Positions 59,322 through 64,000 of a stretch of 64,000 nt of DNA are shown in pieces. The position numbers were made by a program, and so were the translations under genes. The stretch lies in the IMG/VR virus record IMGVR_UViG_3300033153_008203, positions 64,001-128,000 of that record; one strand, written 5' to 3'. The DNA comes from a virus. Position 1 is the first letter of the stretch, and each line of letters starts with the position of its first letter. The notes beneath the pieces are model-generated. The model worked only from the letters and a program-made list of their open reading frames with translations. It searched no databases and was not told the DNA's origin.

Positions 59322-60223
59322 TAACTATACCCCATGCTAGCATGTCTTCTTCCACCGTTCTTTGCTGCTTGAAACATGTATTCTGTTTTATTTCCATCCA
59401 TCATATTACTAATATTAACATTTTGTAACTGATTAAAGGTGGAAACTTCTTGATCATTATAGAACTGCTCTCTTTTATTAATAAAGTTTCCTAGTGCTCC
59501 TTTGACTCCTTTAACATCAAAACTATACTTATTGGTCGTAAATAAATCATTGACACGCTGTGCAGATACGCCTAGCTTAGTTGGGAGCTTTTCGGCATCT
59601 AATTGTCCTGTTGCTACTTCAAGATTTATCCTTTGTCTAACCCTATTTACTTTTGCCATAGTTTGCTTGAAAGCTTCTTCATCAGCTTCCCATTCGTAAA
59701 CTATCTTCTGTGATGGATCGCTTCTCAAATGATATTCTATTTTTCCCATTCTTGATCCATTAAGAATAGCATAAGTATTAACCTGATCAAAGCTCTTTTG
59801 CAGTGGAAGACCTCTTGCCTTTACTTGTGCAAAAACTTTTGCTCCAACAGACTTAATATCTGAAACAGTATCATCTTTATAGATAACATCAGCATAACCA
59901 GCCAACCCATGTTTATCACTATATATGTACTTCTCTATCTGACTGACATTTTTGTCTTTAGCCATCTTCATGGCCTCAGCATATTCGTGAAATGCGGTTC
60001 CTACAGTAGCAGCTGTTTCTGGTTCTCTTTCTTCTAGTAGGTCTCCCCACATTGGATTAGGACCTTGTGGTGCTGTGAGCATCTCATATAGCTCTTCCTC
60101 TGACTTACCAAGATAACTCATACCTAGCAATTCGTGCTTCTTTACTCTGGTTGCTGCGCCATACATAAAGTATCCAGTTGCACCTATTCCTCCAGCAGCC
60201 AACAGTTTTCTCCATCCTGCCAT
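59321..60223 (-). CDS. PD-(D/E)XK nuclease (Cas4/RecB-like) with a hydrophobic N-terminus
   Basis: GTAFHE (motif I), E...LAGYAD...SDIKS (motifs II/III), QVNTY (QxxxY). N-terminal LLAAGGIGATGYFMYG. No Cys cluster, so not an Fe-S Cas4. Confidence 0.75.
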   Translation of the reverse strand: MAGWRKLLAAGGIGATGYFMYGAATRVKKHELLGMSYLGKSEEELYEMLTAPQGPNPMWGDLLEEREPETAATVGTAFHEYAEAMKMAKDKNVSQIEKYIYSDKHGLAGYADVIYKDDTVSDIKSVGAKVFAQVKARGLPLQKSFDQVNTYAILNGSRMGKIEYHLRSDPSQKIVYEWEADEEAFKQTMAKVNRVRQRINLEVATGQLDAEKLPTKLGVSAQRVNDLFTTNKYSFDVKGVKGALGNFINKREQFYNDQEVSTFNQLQNVNISNMMDGNKTEYMFQAAKNGGRRHASMGYS

Positions 60224-60224
60224 A

Positions 60225-61046
60225 TTAGCCCTCTGTTATATCTTTAGCTGCTTCTACTTGAGTCATTTCTATCTCGTCTTTTAATGATTCTAGCTCTGCT
60301 CTAAAGTTACTCATCTGAGATGACGGATCACCAGTATCTCTTGTCTTAAGTGCAGCAGCTCTCTTCCATTTCTCTTTCCTTGATCCAACCATACATTCTA
60401 CAAGCTTCATCTTTCTAATCTTAAGTCGCTCTTTTATGTCCCATGCAGTATGCACAACAGTCTGATGATATGGTGCACCTAAATTAGTAACTCCAACGAT
60501 ATTGTTCTGAGTAAGGTCTTGTCCATCTTCTTTTGATAGTGCAATATTGCATCTCATCTCAAATATCTCTATCTCTGCAAGCTCATTTACCATTGTAAGA
60601 TCTGTCATGTCTTGTGGGTTTACATTATACTCTTCTATAAATCTTTTTCTAAAAAAGGTAAGAAGCTCTACTTCTGGTAAGCATTGCCTGCCTACTGGTG
60701 GCTTACCCATCTCATATAGCGGGCATCTTTCTTTAAATTTACATTTATCTCCGGCACAAATCAAAGGGATTAGGCTTTGAACGCCAGTACTTGCTGCTTG
60801 CACATGTTTTCTGAGCCTGCCTGCTTCATCAGCAGTAAGTGTGATGTCGCTATAATTATCTAGGTTCATATCTAAAAAGCTAAAGAAGTCAGTCTTTTGT
60901 ACAGAGCCATCTTCTTTTAGAAGTCTACCATCTAAGCTATACATGACATTTTTCTGATATCCCTTTGTTTCTCTGTCTTCTTTTTTCTTTATATTCTTTA
61001 TTGTTTTAGATAAGGTTTCCATCTTATCTTCTTTTTTTTCTTTCAT
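60225..61046 (-). CDS. Putative terminase small subunit (Cys-rich)
   Basis: 273 aa; C-x4-C-x5-C...C motif followed by helical segments; near the start of the late region, upstream of TerL. Mainly a positional call. Confidence 0.35.
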   Translation of the reverse strand: MKEKKEDKMETLSKTIKNIKKKEDRETKGYQKNVMYSLDGRLLKEDGSVQKTDFFSFLDMNLDNYSDITLTADEAGRLRKHVQAASTGVQSLIPLICAGDKCKFKERCPLYEMGKPPVGRQCLPEVELLTFFRKRFIEEYNVNPQDMTDLTMVNELAEIEIFEMRCNIALSKEDGQDLTQNNIVGVTNLGAPYHQTVVHTAWDIKERLKIRKMKLVECMVGSRKEKWKRAAALKTRDTGDPSSQMSNFRAELESLKDEIEMTQVEAAKDITEG

Positions 61047-61053
61047 CAGTCTC

Positions 61054-61353
61054 CTATCTACCTATGCTCTTGCTAAGTACTTCTACCATCTTTCTTTTAT
61101 GCTTCATATCATCATCAACATATTCAACGTAAATATCATCGACTATTTTGTATCCGCAGTGCTTTAGTTTGTCTATTACTAAGTCCCAAAACTCATGTGT
61201 ATCTATATTATTTCCACTCTTAAACGGAAAGCCGATTGATTCCGCTAATTCATCAGACAATCTCTCACTATTTTTGTCTTTCATAAGATTGTCCGCTTCA
61301 AGTATCTTCCTTAACGAACCTCTCCATTCTTTTCCTGTGGGCTCTGATTCCAT
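61054..61353 (-). CDS. Hypothetical protein
   Basis: 99-aa ORF with AAGGAG SD and TAATG coupling. Confidence 0.55.
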   Translation of the reverse strand: MESEPTGKEWRGSLRKILEADNLMKDKNSERLSDELAESIGFPFKSGNNIDTHEFWDLVIDKLKHCGYKIVDDIYVEYVDDDMKHKRKMVEVLSKSIGR

Positions 61354-61565
61354 TATTTCTCCTTATAAAACGTGTCGTAAATATGCGATAACTGTTTTTG
61401 AATACCCTCAGCATAAAACGCTTCAAACAATTCTTTGGCTTTCATTGCATATCCGCAATCTTTACCATGTTCACTGTTTTCAGCAAACCACCTGTAGCGT
61501 TCTGTTTGGGCTTTATCTAATAAGAGCCTTAGCTCTTCTAGTTCTTCGATGAGATTTTTAGGCAT
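61353..61565 (-). CDS. Hypothetical protein
   Basis: 70-aa ORF with GGAGG SD; first gene after the promoter. Confidence 0.55.
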   Translation of the reverse strand: MPKNLIEELEELRLLLDKAQTERYRWFAENSEHGKDCGYAMKAKELFEAFYAEGIQKQLSHIYDTFYKEK

Positions 61566-61594
61566 GTTCCTCCAGATATAATATGCTAATAAAC

Positions 61595-61625
61595 ATTATA
61601 CCATGGATTTATTTTGGCGCTATAC
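61595..61625 (-). promoter_or_regulatory. Putative extended -10 promoter (TGGTATAAT) at the head of the packaging/structural region
   Basis: ATGGTATAAT at 61595-61604, 30 nt upstream of a start codon and just downstream of a terminator; no canonical -35. Confidence 0.55.
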
Positions 61626-61657
61626 CTATATTAAACAATTTGAAAAGAAGAATGAAG

Positions 61658-61686
61658 AAAAAAAGAAAGGCCCCAATAGGGGCCTT
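61658..61686 (-). terminator. Intrinsic terminator ending the nucleotide-metabolism block
   Basis: Minus strand AAGGCCCC-TATT-GGGGCCTT followed by TCTTTTTTT. Confidence 0.85.
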
Positions 61687-61688
61687 AG

Positions 61689-62210
61689 TTATTCATCGTT
61701 GTTTTTTGGAAGTAGTCCTCCCCAGACTGATGGCATGTCTGTAGGTGAGGTTGATGTTGATCCACCATCCGGTATTGGATAACTAGGAAGAAGAGGATCA
61801 TAAGGAGCAATATCATTATATCCTCCTGGCAATGGTTGTGGCATTGTGTTAATTGGCCCACCAATCATTGTATTAGTGTTTATCCATTGTTGACCACGCA
61901 TAGAATTTATCTCATCCTGCATCTGCCTTCTAATGATTTCTACAGTCTCTTCAACGTTTTTTATTCCATCAACATATTCTTCTAGTTCTGTCAGAAGAAT
62001 CCTTTCTACTAGTTCAAGTTGATTTTGAACAAAATGTATGTTTCTCACGTCCTCAGCACATGCTTCTTTAACTAAGTCACTTATAAGCTTTAATGCTTCC
62101 TTCTTAATAGTATACTTATCACTAATGAAGCCTGACGCTGGTGCTATCTTTTTACGCTTAATACCTAAGATAGATCAAAGCTTCTTATTGTTGAAAATTC
62201 TCCCGCACAT
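61689..62210 (-). CDS. Hypothetical protein interrupted by one in-frame TGA (readthrough or nonsense allele)
   Basis: ATG at 62210 with AAGGAG SD gives MCGRIFNNKKL, TGA (62175-62177), then SILGIKRKK..., continuing in frame into the track ORF 61689..62048. Confidence 0.55.
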
Positions 62211-62211
62211 A

Positions 62212-62397
62212 TTATTCTCCTTTCTCTTTCTCCTTTATGATGTCTAGCATCTTCTGAATAGATTCATCGCTTATAATTGATAGCCTCTTAACGGTATGAA
62301 TGTCTATCTCATCGATAGCAGTATCATTAAGATAAAGGACAAGATTGTAGACCGGAACCAAAAAGTCCCTTATTTTTTCGCAGCATTCATCGTTCAC
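62212..62397 (-). CDS. Hypothetical protein
   Basis: 61 aa, GTG start overlapping the thyX TAG stop, AGGAG SD. Confidence 0.5.
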   Translation of the reverse strand: MNDECCEKIRDFLVPVYNLVLYLNDTAIDEIDIHTVKRLSIISDESIQKMLDIIKEKEKGE

Positions 62398-63035
62398 TAT
62401 ATTCTCCTTATAATTTCTTCTTCATAGTCATTTTCATATGTTTCAAATACTATAGGAGCATACTGTTTAACTATGTCTAGCATTATCATAGCTGCACGCC
62501 TTATCTCCCACTGAGCATGTTTGTCGCCTCTCTCATTAAAGAAGTTCATCAACGAACGAAAGTTAAAAGTAGTATCAATAACCGTAGAACATGCATTAGG
62601 CAACACATACCGGGCGTCTTCTTTTCTAATCCCCAAATCAACAAGGTCAGTATACATTCTATTAATGGCTACCATGCCTTCTTCATATACTTCTAAAGCG
62701 TATTCATTACTCTTTATACTGTCTGGAGTAATGTAACTAAAATTACTCTCCTTAACATATCGTTGAGACTTTTGTGAATAAGAGGCTATCCTGTGTCTCA
62801 CTAACTGATGTGTAAGACTTCTTGATACGTTACTAAACCTAAATGTAACTGTAGCATGCTCAAGAACAGAAGTATGTCCATTCTTTATTAGGTGTCTAAT
62901 TAACTTTTCATGGGAGTCTTCAGTAACCTTGTCATAGCTCTCATAACATGTTCTTCCACAGCTCTCTATGACCTTTTCACAATTTGGAGTTACCATGATT
63001 AGCTGTACGTCTAACTTTTTATCTTCTGTCATCAT
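62397..63035 (-). CDS. thyX: Flavin-dependent thymidylate synthase
   Basis: GHTSVLEH, RHRIASYSQKSQRY (RHRx7S motif), EDARYVLP, HAQWEIR. Confidence 0.95.
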   Translation of the reverse strand: MMTEDKKLDVQLIMVTPNCEKVIESCGRTCYESYDKVTEDSHEKLIRHLIKNGHTSVLEHATVTFRFSNVSRSLTHQLVRHRIASYSQKSQRYVKESNFSYITPDSIKSNEYALEVYEEGMVAINRMYTDLVDLGIRKEDARYVLPNACSTVIDTTFNFRSLMNFFNERGDKHAQWEIRRAAMIMLDIVKQYAPIVFETYENDYEEEIIRRI

Positions 63036-63271
63036 TGTTCCTTTATAGATGAGGTTGTTTCTGTTTTTACAATATTAAACTTAACTGTGCCATTATTATC
63101 TACATAAAAAAACTCTTTTCTTAGGCAACCATAACAGAAATATTCATCTACAACCTTTAAGCCACCACAGAATGTACCAGTAACAAGTTTCACTGGTCTT
63201 AGTTTCGTTTCTAAGCTACCACATGCAGTACACTTGGCTACTGATTGTAGTATTGTTGATTGTTCTCCCAT
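63032..63271 (-). CDS. Small zinc-ribbon protein
   Basis: CTAC...CYGC pairs; the only gene in the window ending in TGA. Confidence 0.55.
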   Translation of the reverse strand: MGEQSTILQSVAKCTACGSLETKLRPVKLVTGTFCGGLKVVDEYFCYGCLRKEFFYVDNNGTVKFNIVKTETTSSIKEQ

Positions 63272-63720
63272 TATCTATCGTCTCCTGATCCTTGAAGTTT
63301 ACCTCTTGCTTTACGTGACGCTAACTTTTCAAGGTTATATTTGGCTATATCGCTAAGCTTAACCTCGAAGACTCTTGCTGTTTCTGCCAAATACCACAAA
63401 ACGTCAGAAAGCTCAGATTTTACTACATCTTTAGCCATCTCATATATCTCACCAGTTTCTTTGTCTCTATATGTTCCCTGGTGATCTCTAACTATCTTTT
63501 TAAGTTTACCAAGAACTTCTCCTGCTTCATTAGCCAGACCCATTGCTGGGTAGATATAATCAGCATCATTGTGTTTTCCGTCACTATCTACTACTATGAT
63601 TTTAGGATAAATAGCTGTCTTTGCTGCTTCTTCCTGATATGTGTCAAAATTAATTTCGGCGCAAACTTCTTCCTCTGTAATGTCTCTTGTATTAGTCTTA
63701 CCTTTCTTAATTATACTCAT
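63271..63720 (-). CDS. mazG: MazG-like nucleoside triphosphate pyrophosphohydrolase
   Basis: YQEEAAKTAIYP, GLANEAGEV, ELSDVLWY and NLEKLASRKARGKLQGSGDDR are typical of phage MazG-like proteins. Confidence 0.9.
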   Translation of the reverse strand: MSIIKKGKTNTRDITEEEVCAEINFDTYQEEAAKTAIYPKIIVVDSDGKHNDADYIYPAMGLANEAGEVLGKLKKIVRDHQGTYRDKETGEIYEMAKDVVKSELSDVLWYLAETARVFEVKLSDIAKYNLEKLASRKARGKLQGSGDDR

Positions 63721-64000
63721 TATATCTTTTCCGCTTTTATTATGTATGTGGTTCCGTCTACTGTTACAATGCCACCAAAATAATCTGACCTTACTGTTAA
63801 CCCTGATCCAGAAGAATCAGTAATTATATCTCTTAGTCCCAGTTGTTTTATAACGCTTAAAATACAATTTTCCAATAGACTCATACTGGCAGGATTTTCG
63901 TGCTTATCATCGCCAACACTAAATGTTGCACCAGGATTCTGCAAAGCTTTTCCAAGAGCTTCAAGTGCCATTCCTGTTGTCTTTCCGTATCTTCTTACTT
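63720..64000 (-). CDS. Hypothetical protein with a P-loop-like motif (5' end outside the window)
   Basis: The frame of track ORF 63720..63971 stays open to the window edge: VRRYGKTTG-MALEALGKALQNPG. The real start is probably beyond 64000. Confidence 0.5.
   Translation of the reverse strand, partial: VRRYGKTTGMALEALGKALQNPGATFSVGDDKHENPASMSLLENCILSVIKQLGLRDIITDSSGSGLTVRSDYFGGIVTVDGTTYIIKAEKI

Noticed and set aside
59321-60223. Cas4 / CRISPR-Cas system
   Set aside because: The nuclease lacks the Cas4 Fe-S cysteines, and no cas genes or repeat-spacer array are visible in the window.
36958-61688. tRNA or structured ncRNA genes in intergenic gaps
   Set aside because: Gaps are short (about 125 nt or less) and explained by terminators, promoters and SD sites; no cloverleaf or T-loop pattern seen.
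62144-62177. Selenocysteine insertion at the in-frame TGA
   Set aside because: No redox motif context around the codon, and the downstream hairpin does not match bacterial SECIS spacing by eye.
188-63823. Many plus-strand ORFs of 60-210 aa in the track
   Set aside because: All lie antisense to long, motif-bearing minus-strand genes and show no recognisable motifs; treated as shadow ORFs.
1-64000. Full reassignment of TGA or TAG (genetic code 4, 25 or 15)
   Set aside because: Code 11 already gives near-complete coding density with intact ORFs up to 1789 aa. TAG ends eight genes cleanly and only one in-frame TGA was found. Kept only as a weaker TGA-avoidance finding.
1-64000. Contractile injection system (eCIS/tailocin) or gene transfer agent rather than a phage
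   Set aside because: TerL, portal, protease, major capsid and phage-type thyX/mazG are all present, indicating a complete phage.

Overview
The whole window is a densely packed, single-strand (minus) segment of a large tailed phage with a contractile tail (myovirus morphology, probably a large or jumbo genome). Read in transcription order (right to left), it starts with the end of a nucleotide-metabolism block (MazG-like pyrophosphohydrolase, ThyX) and a terminator/promoter boundary at about 61.6 kb. Then come a putative TerS, a PD-(D/E)XK nuclease plus three small Gly/Ala-rich proteins, an intein-containing TerL, portal (with a fused Mu gpF-like C-terminus), prohead protease/scaffold, decoration protein and major capsid protein. 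The tail block follows: neck proteins, sheath, three tube-like paralogs, two chaperones, an intein-containing tape-measure-like protein, a 1480-aa protein, the baseplate hub, baseplate proteins and fibre/receptor-binding proteins. The main finding is the 1480-aa gene (27155-31597) between tape measure and hub. It carries, in one chain and in beta then beta' order, the motifs of both catalytic barrels of a two-barrel RNA polymerase (K-x7-K, R-x-P, DYDGD, bridge-helix-like and trigger-loop-like segments). It looks like a virion-packaged RNA polymerase encoded in, and perhaps delivered by, the tail. Other findings: a homing-endonuclease intein in the tape-measure-like protein, which also has a degenerate SNase-like domain; near-total avoidance of TGA stops (1 of 49) together with an in-frame TGA in an otherwise intact gene; a degenerate M15 peptidase domain in the hub; and a short beta-module shared by head and baseplate proteins. 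No tRNA, rRNA or CRISPR array was seen. All calls come from motif reading and synteny; no database searches were run.
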